From the human T2T-CHM13v2.0 reference genome, Homo sapiens, in the NCBI RefSeq assembly GCF_009914755.1, contig NC_060933.1: a stretch of DNA of 64,000 nt. One strand, given 5' to 3'. Positions within the stretch are counted from its first letter, which is position 1. Each line of letters opens with the position of its first letter. A program made the position numbers and the translations under genes. A model generated the notes under the pieces. The model had not been told where the DNA came from. It saw nothing but the letters and a program-made list of their open reading frames with translations, and searched no databases. Below are positions 26,226 through 40,360 of this stretch, one piece after another.

Positions 26226-29200
26226 CTTTCCATTCCATTCCATTCCATTCCATTCCATTCCATTGCATTCCATTCCATTCCATTCCATTCCATTGCATTC
26301 CATTCCATTCCATTCCATTCCATTGCATTCCATTCCATTCCATTCCCCTGTACTCAGATTGATTCCATTCCATCCCATTCCTTTCCATTCCATTCTATTC
26401 GCGTTAATTCCATTCCATTCCATTCCATTCCATTACATTCCATTGCAATCGAGTTGATTCCATTCCATTCCGTTCCATTCCGTTCCATTCCATTCCATTT
26501 CGATCCATTCCATTCTATTCCGTACCATTCCATTCCATTCCATTCCATTCCATTCCATTTCATTCCATTCCATGCCATTCCACTCGGGTTGATTCTATTG
26601 CTTTCCATTCCATTTGGGTTAAATCCAATCCATTCCATTGCATTCCATTCCATTCCATTCCATTGCACTAGGTTTGATTCCATTCCACTGCATTCCATTC
26701 CATTCCATTCCGTTCCATTCCATTCCATTACATTCGGATTGATTGTATTCAATTCCTTACACTCCATTACATTACATTCCATTCGGGTTGTTTCCATTCC
26801 GTTCCATTCCATTCCATTCCATTCCATTGCACTCAGGTTGATTGCATTCCATTCCATTCCATTCCATTCCATTCCATTTCGTTCCATTCCATTCTATTCC
26901 GTACCATTCCATTCCATTCCATTCCATTCCATGGCATTCCACTCGGGTTTATTCCATTCCTTTCCATTCCATTCGGGTTGAATCCATTCCATTCCATTCC
27001 GTTCCATTCCATTCCATTCCATTCTGTTCAGGTTAATTCCATTCCATTCCTTTCCCTTCCATTCCATTCCATTCCATTCCATTGCAATCGAGTTGTTTCC
27101 ATTGCATTCCATTCCATTACATTCCATTGCATTCCATTCCATTCCATTCCCCTGTACTCAGGTTGATTCCATTCGATTCCATTCCATTCCATTCCATTCC
27201 ATTCCGTTCCATTCCATTCCATTCTATTCGCTTTAATTGCATTCCATTCCATTCCATTGCATTCCATTGCAATCGAGTTGATTCCATTCCTTTCGGTTCC
27301 ATTCCATTCCATTCCATTCCATTTCGTTCCATTCCATTCTATTCCGTACCATTCCATTCCATTCCATTCCATTCCGTTCCATTCCATTCCATGCCATTCC
27401 ACTCACGTTGATTCCATTGCTTTCCATTCCATTTGGGTTGAATCCATTCCATTCCATTCCATTCCATTCCATTCCATTCCATTCCATTCCATTCCATTGC
27501 ACTAGGTTTGATTCCATTCCACTGCATTCCATTCCATTCCATTCCATTCCGTTCCATTCCATTCCATTACATTCGGATTGATTGTATTCAATTCCCTTAC
27601 AGTCCATTTCATTCCATTCCATTCGGGTTGTTTCCATACCATTCCATTCCATTCTATTCCATTTCGTTCCATTCCATTCTATTCGGTACCATTCCATTCC
27701 ATTCCATTCCATTCCATTCCATTCCATGCCATTCCACTTGGGTTGATTCCCTTCCTTTCCATTCCATTCGGTTTGAATCCTTTCCATTCCATTCCATTCC
27801 ATTCCATTCCTTTCCATTCCATTGCACACGGGTTGATTCCATTCCATTCCTTTCTGTTCCATTCCGGATGACTCAATTCCATTGCATTCCATTCCATTCC
27901 ATTCCCCTGCCCTCGGGTTCATTACATTCCATTCCATTTACTTCCAATCCATTCCATTCCATTCAATTCCATTCTATTCGGGTTAATTCCATTCCATTCC
28001 ATTCCATTCCATTCCATTCCATTCCATTCCATTCCATTCCATTGCAATCGAGTTGATTCCATTCCATTCCATTCAATTCCATATGATTCCATTCCATTGC
28101 CTTCAATTCCATTCCATTCCCCTGCACTCGGGTTGATTCCATTCCATTCCATTCCATTCCATTCCATTTCATTCCATTCCATTTCGTTCCATTCCATTCT
28201 ATTCCGTTCCATTCCATTCCATTCCATTCCATTCCATTCCATTCCATTCCATTCCTTTTCATTCTATTCGGGTTAATTCCATTCCATTCCATTCCATTCC
28301 ATTCCATTCCGTTCCATTCAATTCCATTACATTCGGATTGATTCTTTTTAATTCCCTTACACTCCATTACATTCTATTCCATTCGGGTAGTTTCCATACC
28401 ATTCCATTCCATTCCACTGCATTCTATTGCACTCGGGTTGATTGATTCCATTCCATTGCATTCCATTCCATTCCATTCCATTCCGGATGATTCCATTTCA
28501 TTGCATTCCATTGCATTCCATTCCCCTGTATTCGGGTTGATCCCATTCCATTGCATTCCATTCCATTGCATTCCATTCCATTCCGTTCCGTTCCGTTCCA
28601 TTCCATTCCCTTCCATTCTGTTCAGGTTAATTCCATTCCATTCCATTCCCTTCCATTCCATTCCATTCCATTCCATTCCATTCCATGCCATTCCACTCGG
28701 GTTGATTCCATTCCTTTCCATTCCATTCGAGTTGAACCCATTCCATTCCATTCCATTCCATTCCATTCCATTCCATTCCACTCGGGTTGATTCCATTCCT
28801 TTCCATTTCGTTCGGGTTGAAACCATTCCATTCCATTCCATTCCTTTCGATTCCATTCCATTTCACTCGGGTTGATCCCATTCCATTGCATTCCATTCCA
28901 TTCCATTGCATTCCATTCCGTTCCATTCCATTCCATTACATTCGTATTGATTCTATTCAATTCCCTTACTCTCCATTACATTCCATTCCATTCGGGTTGT
29001 TTCCATTCCATTCCATTCCATTCCACTCCATTCCATTGCAATCGGGTTGATTCCATTCCATTCCATTGCATTCCATTCCATTCCATTCCATTCCGTATGA
29101 TTCCATTCCATTGCATTCCATTCCATTCCATTCCCCTGCACTCGGGTGGATTCCATTCTATTCCATTCCATTCCATTCCATTCCATTCCATTCCATTCCA

Positions 29201-32200
29201 TTCTATTCGGGTTAATTTCATTCCATTCCATTCCATTCCCTTCCATTGCATTCCATTCCATTCCATTCCATTCCATTGAAATTGAGTTGATTCCATTCCA
29301 TTCCATTCCATTCCATTCCATTCCATTCCATTCCATTCCATTCCATTCTATTCGGGTTAATTCCATTCCATTCCATTCCATTCCATTCCCTTCCATTCCA
29401 TTCTATTCCATTCCATTCCATTCCATTCTATTCCATTCCATTCCATTCCATTCCATTCTAGTAGGGTTAATTCCATTCCATTCCATTCCATTCCATTCCA
29501 TTCCATTCCATTCCATTCAATTCCATTGAACTCGGGTTGATTCCATTCCATTCCATGCCATTCCGTTTCATTCCATTCCATTCCATTCCATTCCATTCCA
29601 TTCCTTTCCGTTCTATTCAATTACATTCGGATTGATTCTATTCAATTCCCTTACACTCCAATACATTCTATTCCATTCGTGTTGTTTCCATTCTATTCCA
29701 TTCCATTCCACTCCATTCCATTGCACTCTGGTTGATTCCATTCCATTCCCTTCCATTCCGTATGACTCCATTCCATTTCATTCCATTGCATTGCTTTCCC
29801 CTGCACTCGAGTTGATTACATTCCATTCCTTTCCCTTCCTTTCCGTTCCATTCCATTCTATTCGGGTTAATTCCATTCCATTCCATTACATTCCATTCCC
29901 TTCCATTCCATTCCATTCCATTCCATTCCATTCCATTCCATTCCATTCTATTCGGGTTAATTCCATTCCATTCCATTCCATTCCATTCCATTCCATTCCA
30001 TTCCATTCCATTGCAATCGAGTTGATTCCATTCCATTCCATTCCATTCCATTCCATTCCATTCCGTTCCATTCCATTCCATTACATTCGGATTGATTCTT
30101 TTTAATTCCCTTACACTCCATTCCATTCCATTCCATTCGGGTACTTTCCATTCCATTCCATTCCATTCCACTGCATTCTATTGCACTCGGGTTCATTGAT
30201 TCCATTCCATTGCATTCCATTCCATTCCATTCCCCTGCACTCGGGTTGATCCCATTTCATTGCATTCCATTCCATTCCATTCCATTCCATTCCATTCCAT
30301 TCCGTTCCATTCCATTCCATTCCATTCTGTTCAGGTTAATTCCATTCCATTCCATTCCCTTCCATTCCGTTTCATTCCATTCCATTCCATTCTGTTCAGG
30401 TTAATTCCATTCCATTCCATTCCCTTCCATTCCATTCCATTCCATTCCATCCCATTTCAATCTAGTTGATTCCATTGCATTCCATTCCATTCCATTCCAT
30501 TCCATTGCATTCCATTCCATTCCATTCACCTGCACTCAGATTGATTCCATTCCATCCCATTCCATTCCATTCCGTTCCATTACATTCCATTCCATTCTAT
30601 TCGCGTTAATTCCATTCCATTCCATTCCATTACATTCCATTGCAATCGAGTTGATTCCATTCCATTCCGTTCCATTCCATTCCATTCCATTCCATTTCGT
30701 TCCATTCCATTTTATTCTGTACCATTCCATTCCATTCCATTCCATTCCATTCCATTCCATTCCATGCCATTCCACTCGGGTTGATTCCATTGCTTTCCAT
30801 TCCATTTGGGTTGAATCCAATCCATTCCATTCCATTCCATTCCATTCCATTCCATTCCATTCCATTCCATTCCATTGCACTAGGTTTGATTACATTCCAC
30901 GGCATTCCATTCCATTCCATTCCGTTCCATTCCAATCCATTACATTCGGATTAATTGTATTCAATTCCCTTACACTCCATTACATTCCATTCCATTCGGG
31001 TTGTTTCCATTCCATTTCATTCCATTCCACTCCATTCCATTGCACTCAGGTTGATTCCATTCCATTGCATTCCATTCCATTCCATTTCGTTCCATTCCAT
31101 TCTATTCCGTACCATTCCATTCCATTCCATTCCATTCCATGCCATTCCACTCAGGTTTATTACATTCCTTTCCATTCCGTTCGGGTTGAATCCATTCCAT
31201 TCCATTCCCTTCCATTCCATTCCATTCCATTCCTTTGCACTCGGGTTGATTCCATTCCATTCCCTGCCATTCCATTTCATTCCATTCCATTCCATTCCAT
31301 TCCATTCCATTCCATTCCGTTCCATTCCATTCCATTACATTCGGATTGATTGTATTCAATTCCCTTAAACTCCATTACATTCCATTCCATTCGGGTTGTT
31401 TCCGTTCCATTACATTCCATTCCACTCCATTCCATTGCACTCAGGTTGATTCCATTCCATTCCATTTCGTTCCATTCCATTCTATTCCGTACTATTCCAT
31501 TCCATTCCATTCCATTCCATGCCATTCCACTCGGGTTGATTCCATTCCTTTCCATTCCATTCGGGTTGAATCCATTCCATTCCATTCCATTGCATTCCGT
31601 TCCATTCCATTACCCTGCAATCGGGTGGATTCCATTCTATTCCATTCCATTCCATTCATTCCATTCCATTCCATTCCATTTCGTTCCATTCCATTCTATT
31701 CCGTACCTTTCCATTCCATTCCATTCCATTCCATTCCATACCATGCCATTCCACTCGGGTTGATTCCATTCCTTTCCATTCCATTCTAGTTGAACCCATT
31801 CCATTGCATTCCATTCCATTCGATTCCATTCAATTGCACACGGGTTCATTCCTTTCCATTCCATTCCATTCCATTCCGTTCCATTCCATTCCATTTCGTT
31901 CCATTCCATTCTATTCTGTACCTTTCCCTTCCATTCCATTCCATTCCACTCCGTTCCATGCCATTCCACTCGGGTTTATTCCATTCCTTTCCATTCCATT
32001 CGGGTTGAATCCATTCCATTCCATTCCATTCCATTCCATTCCATTCCATTCCATTCCATGCCATTCCACTCGGGTTGATTCCATTCCTTTCCATTCCATT
32101 CGAGTTGAACAAATTCCATTCCATTCCATTCCATTCCATTCCATTGCTCACGGGTTCATTCCATTCCATTCCATTCCATTCCATTTCGTTCCATTCCATT

Positions 32201-33419
32201 CTACTCCGTACCGTTCCATTCCATTCCATTCCCTTCCATGCCATTTCACTCGGGATTATTCCTTTCCTTTCCATTCCATTCGGGTTGAATCCATTCCATT
32301 CCATTCCTTTGCATTCCATTCCATTCCATTCCCCTGTAATCGGGTGGATTCCATTCTATTCCATTCCATTCCATTCCATTCCATTCCATCCCATTCCATT
32401 CCATTTCGTTCCATTCCATTCTATTCCGTACCTTTCCATTCCATTCCATTCCATTCCATTCCATGCCATTCCACTCGGGTTGATTCCATTGCTTTCCATT
32501 CCATTTGGGTTGAATCTAATCCATTCCATTCCATTCCATTCCATTCCATTCCATTCCATTGCACTAGGTTTGATTCCATTTCACTGCATTCCATTCCATT
32601 CCATTCCATTAAATTCCATTCCACTCGGGTTGATTCCATTCCTTTCCATTCCATTCGTGTTGAATCCATTCCATTCCATTCCTTTACTTTCGATTCCATT
32701 CCATTGCACTCGGGTTGAACCCATTCCATTGGATTCCATTCCATTCCATTGCATTCCATTCCGTTCCATTCCATTCCATTACATTCGTATTGATTCTATT
32801 CAATTCCCTTACACTCCATTCCATTCCATTCCATTCCATTCAGGTTGTTTCCATTCCATTCCATTCCATTCCACTCTATTCCATTGCAATCGGGTTGATT
32901 CCATTCCTTTCCATTCCATTCCATTCCGTATGATTCCATTCCATTGCATTCCATTCCATTCCATTCCCCTGCACTCGGGTGGATTCCATTCTATTCCATT
33001 CCATTCCATTCCACTCTATTCCATTCCATTCCATTCCATTCCATTCCATTCCATTCCATTCCATTCCATTCTATTCAGGTTAATTTCATTCCATTCCATT
33101 CCATTCCATTCCATTCCATTCCATTCCATTGAAATCGAGTTGATTCCATTTCATTCCATTCCATTCCATTACATTCCATTCCATTCCATTACATTCTATT
33201 CCGGTTAATTCCATTCCATTCCATTCCATTCCATTCCCTTCCATTCCATTCCATTCCATTCTATTAGGGTTAATTCCATTCCATTCCATTCCATTACATT
33301 CCATTGCAATCGAGTTGATTCCATTCCATTCCATTCCATTCCATTCAATTCCGGATGATTGCATTCCATTGCCTTCCATTCCATTCCATTCACCTGCACT
33401 CGGGTTGATTCCATTCCAT

Positions 33420-36400
33420 TCCTTTCCATTCCATTCCATTCCATTCCATTCCATTCCATTCCATTTCGTTTCATTCCGTTCTATTCCGTAACATTCCATT
33501 CCATTCCATTCCATTTCATTCCATTCCATTCCATGCCATTCCACTCGGGTTGATTCCATTCCTTTCCATTCCATTCGACTTGAATCCATTCCATTCCATT
33601 CCATTCCATTCCATTCCATTCCATTGCACACGGGTTCATTCCATTCCAATCCATTCCTTTCCATTCCATTCCATTGCACACGGGTTCATTCCATTCCATT
33701 CCATTCCATTACATTACATTCCATTTCGTTCCATTCCATTCTATTCCGTACCATTCCATTCCATTCCATTCCATTCCATTCCATTCCACTCCATTCCATG
33801 CCATTCCACTCGGGTTTATTCCATTCCTTTCCATTCCATTCGGGTTGAATCCATTCCATTCCATTCCATTCCTTTCCATTCAATTCCATTACATAGCACT
33901 CGGGTTGATTCCATTGCATTCCATTCCATTCCATTGCATTCCATTCCATTCCATTCCATTCCATTGCATTCCATTCCATGCCATTCCACTCGGGTTGATT
34001 CCATTCCTTTCCATTCCATTCGAGTTGAACCCATTCCATTCCATTCCATTCCATTCAATTCCATTCCATTGCAATCGAATTGATTCCATTCCATTCCATT
34101 CCATTCCATTCCATTCCATTCCATTCCATTCCATTGCACTAGGTTTGATTCCATTCCACTGCATTCCATTCCATTCCATTCCATTCCATTCCGTTCCATT
34201 CCATTCCATTACATTCGGTTTGATTGTATTCAATTCCCTTACACTCCATTTCATTCCATTCCATTCAGGTTGTTTCCATTCCATTCCAATCCATTCCACT
34301 CCATTCCATTGCACTCGGGTTGATTGCATTCCATTCCATTCCATTCTACTCCATTTCGTTCCATTCCATTCTATTCGGTAGCATTCCTTTCCATTCCATT
34401 CCAATCCATTCCATTCCATGCCATTCCACTTGGGTTGATTCCCTTCCTTTCCATTCCATTCGGGTTGAATCCATTCCATTCCATTCCATTCCATTCCATT
34501 CCATTCCATTCCATTCCATTCCTTTCAATTCCATTGCACACGGGTTGGTTCCATTCCATTCCTTTCCGTTCCATTCCGGATGACTCCATTCCATTGCATT
34601 CCATTCCATTCCATTCCCCTGCACTCGGGTTCATTACCTTCCATTCCATTTACTTCCATTCCATTCCATTCCATTCTATTCGGGTTAATTCCATTCCATT
34701 CCATTGCATTCCATTGCATTGCATTCCATTCCATTCCATTCCATGCCATTCCATTCCATTCCATTGCAATCGAGTTGATTCCATTCCATTCCATTCAATT
34801 CCGGATGATTCCATTCCATTGCCTTCAATTCCATTCCATTCCCCTGCACTCGGTTTGATTCCATTCCATTCCATTCCATTCCATTCCATTCCATTCCATT
34901 CCATTTCGTTCCATTCCATTCTATTCCGTACCATTCCATTCTATTCCATTCCATTCCATTCCACTCCACTCCATGCCATTCCACTCGGGTTTATTCCATT
35001 CCTTTCCATTCCATTCGGGTTGAATCCATTCCATTCCATTCCATTCCATTCGATTCCATTACATTGCACTCGGGTTGATTCCATTGCATTCCATTCCATT
35101 ACATTCCATTGCATTCCATTCCATTCCATTCCCCTTCACTCAGGTTGATTCCATTCGATTCCTTTCCATTCCATTCCATTCGGGTTGTTTCCATTCCATT
35201 CCATTCCATTCCACTCCATTCCATTGCAATCGGGTTGATTCCATTCCATTCCATTGCATTCCATTCCATTCCATTCCATTCCGTATGATTCCATTCCATT
35301 GCATTCCATTCCATTCCATTCCCCTGCACTCGGTTGGATTACATTCTATTCCATTCCATTCCATTCCATTCCATTCCATTCCATTCTATTCAGGTTAATT
35401 TCATTCCATTCCATTCCATTCCCTTCCATTCCATTCCATTCCATTCCATTCCATTCCATTGAAATCGAGTTGATTCCATTCCATTCCATTCCATTCCATT
35501 CCATTCCATTCCATTCTATTCGGGTTAATTCCATTCCATTCCATTCCATTCCATTCCATTCCCTTCTATTCCATTCCATTCGATTCCATTCCATTCTATT
35601 AGGGTTAATTCCATTCCATTCCATTCCATTCCATTCCATTCCATTCCACTCCATTCCATGCCATTCCACTCGGGTTTATTCCATTCCTTTCCATTCCATT
35701 TGGGTTGAATCCATTCCATTCCATTCCATTCCATTCCATTCCATTCCATTCCATTGCATGCCATTGCACTCGGGTTGATTCCATTCCTTTCCATTCCATT
35801 CGAATTGAACCCATTCCATTCCATTCCATTCCATTCCATTCCATTCCATTCCATTGCTCACGGGTTCATTCCATTCCATTCCATTCCATTCCATTCCATT
35901 CCATTCCATTTCGTTCCATTCCATTCTACTCCGTACCATTCCATTCCATTCCATTCCCTTCCATGCCATTTCACTCGGGTTTATTCCATTCCTTTCCATT
36001 CCATTCGGGTTGAATCCATTCCATTCCATTCCATTCCATTCCATTCCATTCCATTCCATTCCATTGCGCTCGGGTTGATTCCATTCCATTCTATGCCATT
36101 CCATTTCATTCCATTCCATTCCATTCCATTCCATTCCATTCCATTCCATTCCATTGCACACGGGTTCATTCCATTACATTCCATTACATTCCATTCCATT
36201 CCATTCCATTCCATTTCGTTCCATTCCATTCTATTCCTTACCATTCCATTCCATTCCATTCCCTTCCATGCCATTTCACTCGGGTTTATTCCATTCCTTT
36301 CCATTCCATTCGGGTTGAATCCATTCCATTCCATTCCATTCCATTCCATTGAACTCAGGTTGATTCCATTCCATTCCATGCCATTCCATTTCATTCCATT

Positions 36401-39400
36401 CCATTCCATTCCATTCCATTCCATTCCATTCTATTCCGTTCCCTTGCATTCCATTACATTCGGATTGATTCTTTTTAATTCCCTTACACTCCATTACATT
36501 CCTTTGCATTCGGGTACTTTCCATTCCATTCCATTCCATTCCACTGCATTCTATTGCACTCGGGTTGATTGATTCCATTCCATTGCATTCCATTCCATTC
36601 CATTCCCCTGCACTCGGGTTGATCCCATTCCATTGCATTCCATTCCATTCCATTCCATTCCATTCCGTTCCATTCCATTCCATTCCATTCTCTTCAGCTT
36701 AATTCCATTCCATTCCATTCCCTTCCATTCCGTTCCATTCCATTCCATTCCATTCTGTTCAGGTTAATTCCATTCCATTCCATTCCCTTCCATTCCATTC
36801 CATTCCATTCCATCCCATTGCAATCTAGTTGATTCCACTGCATTCCATTCCATTCCATTCCATTCCATTGCATTCCATTCCATTCCATTCCCCTGCACTC
36901 AGATTGATTCCATTCCATCCCATTCCATTCCATTCCGTTCCATTACATTCCATTCCATTCTATTCGCGTTAATTCCATTCCATTCCATTCCATTACATTC
37001 CATTGCAATCGAGTTGATTCCATTCCATTCCGTTCCATTCCATTCCATTCCATTCCATTCCATTCCATTTCATTCCATTCCATTCTATTCTGTACCATTC
37101 CATTCCATTCCATTCCATTCCATTCAATTCCATGCCATTCCACTCGGGTTGATTCCATTGCTTTCCATTCCATTTGGGTTGAATCCAATCCATTCCATTC
37201 CATTCCATTCCATTCCATTCCATTTCATTCCATTCCATTCCATTCCATTCCATTGCACTAGGTTTGATTCCATTCCACTGCATTCCATTCCATTCCATTC
37301 CGTTCCATTCCATTCCATTACATTCGGATTGATTGTATTCAATTCCCTTACACTCCATTACATTCCATTACATTCGGGTTGTTTCCATTCCATTACATTC
37401 CATTCCACTCCATTCCATTGCACTCAGTTTGATTCCATTCCATTCCATTCCATTCCATTCCATTACTTTCCATTCCATTCTATTCCGTACCATTCCATTC
37501 CATTCCATTCCATTCCATTCCATTCCATGCGATTCCACTCAGGTTTATTCCATTCCTTTCCATTCCATTCGGGTTGAATCCATTCCATTCCATTCCATTC
37601 CATTCCTTTGCACTCGGGTTGATTCCATTCCATTCCCTGCCATTCCATTTCATTCCATTCCATTCCATTCCATTCCATTCCATTCCATTCCATTCCACTG
37701 CATTCTATTGCACTCGGGTTGATTGATTCCATTCCATTGCATTCCATTCCATTCCATTCCATTCCATTCCATTCTGTTCAGGTTAATTCCTTTCCTTTCC
37801 ATTCCATTCCATTCCATTCCATTCCATTCCATTCCATTTCGTTTCATTCCGTTCTATTCCTTACCATTCCATTCCATTCCATTCCATTTCATTCCATTCC
37901 ATTCCATGCCATTCCACTCGGGTTGATTCCATTCCTTTCCATTCCATTCGACTTGAATCCATTCCATTCCATTCCATTCCATTCCATTCCATTCCATTGC
38001 ACACGGGTTCATTCCATTCCAATCCATTCCTTTCCATTCCATTCCATTGCACACGGGTTCATTCCATTCCATTCCATTCCATTACATTACATTCCATTTC
38101 GTTCCATTCCATTCTATTCCGTACCATTCCATTCCATTCCATTCCATTCCATTCCATTCCACTCCATTCCATGCCATTCCACTCGGGTTTATTCCATTCC
38201 TTTCCATTCCATTCGGGTTGAATCCATTCCATTCCATTCCATTCCATTCCATTCCATTCCATTCAATTCCATTACATAGCACTCGGGTTCATTCCATTGC
38301 ATTCCATTCCATTCCATTGCATTCCATTCCATTCCATTCCATTCCATTGCATTCCATTCCATGCCATTCCACTCGGGTTGATTCCATTCCTTTCCATTCC
38401 ATTCGAGTTGAACCCATTCCATTCCATTCCATTCCATTCAATTCCATTCCATTGCAATCGAATTGATTCCATTCCATTCCATTCCATTCCATTCCATTCC
38501 ATTCCATTCCATTGCACTAGGTTTGATTCCATTCCACTGCATTCCATTCCATTCCATTCCATTCCATTCCGTTCCATTCCATTCCATTACATTCGGTTTG
38601 ATTGTATTCAATTCCCTTACAATCCATTTCATTCCATTCCATTCAGGTTGTTTCCATTCCATTCCAATCCATTCCACTCCATTCCATTGCACTCGGGTTG
38701 AATCCATTCCATTCCATTCCATTCCATTCCATTCCATTCCATTCCTTTCAATTCCATTGCACACGGGTTGGTTCCATTCCATTCCTTTCCGTTCCATTCC
38801 GGATGACTCCATTCCATTGCATTCCATTCCATTCCATTCCCCTGCACTCGGGTTCATTACCTTCCATTCCATTTACTTCCATTCCATTCCATTCCATTCT
38901 ATTCGGGTTAATTCCATTCCATTCCATTGCATTCCATTGCATTGCATTCCATTCCATTCCATTCCATGCCATTCCATTCCATTCCATTGCAATCGAGTTG
39001 ATTCTATTCCATTCCATTCAATTCCGGATGATTCCATTCCATTGCCTTCAATTCCATTCCATTCCCCTGCACTCGGTTTGATTCCATTCCATTCCATTCC
39101 ATTCCATTCCATTCCATTCCATTCCATTTCGTTCCATTCCATTCTATTCCGTACCATTCCATTCTATTCCATTCCATTCCATTCCACTCCACTCCATGCC
39201 ATTCCACTCGGGTTTATTCCATTCCTTTCCATTCCATTCGGGTTGAATCCATTCCATTCCATTCCATTCCATTCGATTCCATTACATTGCACTCGGGTTG
39301 ATTCCATTGCATTCCATTCCATTACATTCCATTGCATTCCATTCCATTCCATTCCATTGCATTCCATTCCATTCCATTCCCCTGCACTCAGGTTGATTCC

Positions 39401-40360
39401 ATTCGATTCCTTTCCATTCCATTCCATTCGGGTTGTTTCCATTCCATTACATTCCATTCCACTCCATTCCATTGCAATCGGGTTGATTCCATTCCATTCC
39501 ATTGCATTCCATTCCATTCCATTCCATTCCGTATGATTCCATTCCATTGCATTCCATTCCATTCCATTCCCCTGCACTCGGTTGGATTACATTCTATTCC
39601 ATTCCATTCCATTCCATTCCATTCCATTCCATTCCATTCTATTCAGGTTAATTTCATTCCATTCCATTCCATTCCCTTCCATTCCATTCCATTCCATTCC
39701 ATTCCATTGAAATCGAGTTGATTCCATTCCATTCCATTCCATTCCATTCCATTCCATTCTATTCGGGTTAATTCCATTCCATTCCATTCCATTCCATTCC
39801 CTTCTATTCCATTCCATTCGATTCCATTCCATTCTATTAGGGTTAATTCCATTCCATTCCATTCCATTCCATTCCATTCCATTCCACTCCATTCCATGCC
39901 ATTCCACTCGGGTTTATTCCATTCCTTTCCATTCCATTTGGGTTGAATCCATTCCATTCCATTCCATTCCATTCCATTCCATTCCATTCCATTCCATGCC
40001 ATTGCACTCGGGTTGATTCCATTCCTTTCCATTCCATTCGAATTGAACCCATTCCATTCCATTCCATTCCATTCCATTCCATTGCTCACGGGTTCATTCC
40101 ATTCCATTCCATTCCATTCCATTCCATTCCATTCCATTTCGTTCCATTCCATTCTACTCCGTACCATTCCATTCCATTCCATTCCCTTCCATGCCATTTC
40201 ACTCGGGTTTATTCCATTCCTTTCCATTCCATTCGGGTTGAATCCATTCCATTCCATTCCATTCCATTCCATTCCATTGCGCTCGGGTTGATTCCATTCC
40301 ATTCTATGGCATTCCATTTCATTCCATTCCATTCCATTCCATTCCATTCCATTCCATTCC
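33420..40360 (-). repeat. Direct duplication P: ~33420-36140 and ~37790-40360 (offset ~4.22-4.38 kb)
   Basis: Near-identical ORF pairs 33624/37997 (4373), 34650/38873 (4223) and 35605/39843 (4238). Shared variants CATTCGACTTGAATCC, TACATAGCACTCGG and CATTGCGCTCGGG. Confidence 0.88.

Larger units (their letters stand above)
8050..26260 (-). repeat. Type A HSat3 variant domain, inverted copy
   Basis: Reverse complements of type A landmarks: CAACTCCCTTACTCTCC, CTCGAATACATTCCCTCCTATTCCACTCGGAACGATT, TTCCGGAAGATTCC, GATTCCAATGTATTCCTTTCC. Confidence 0.85.
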
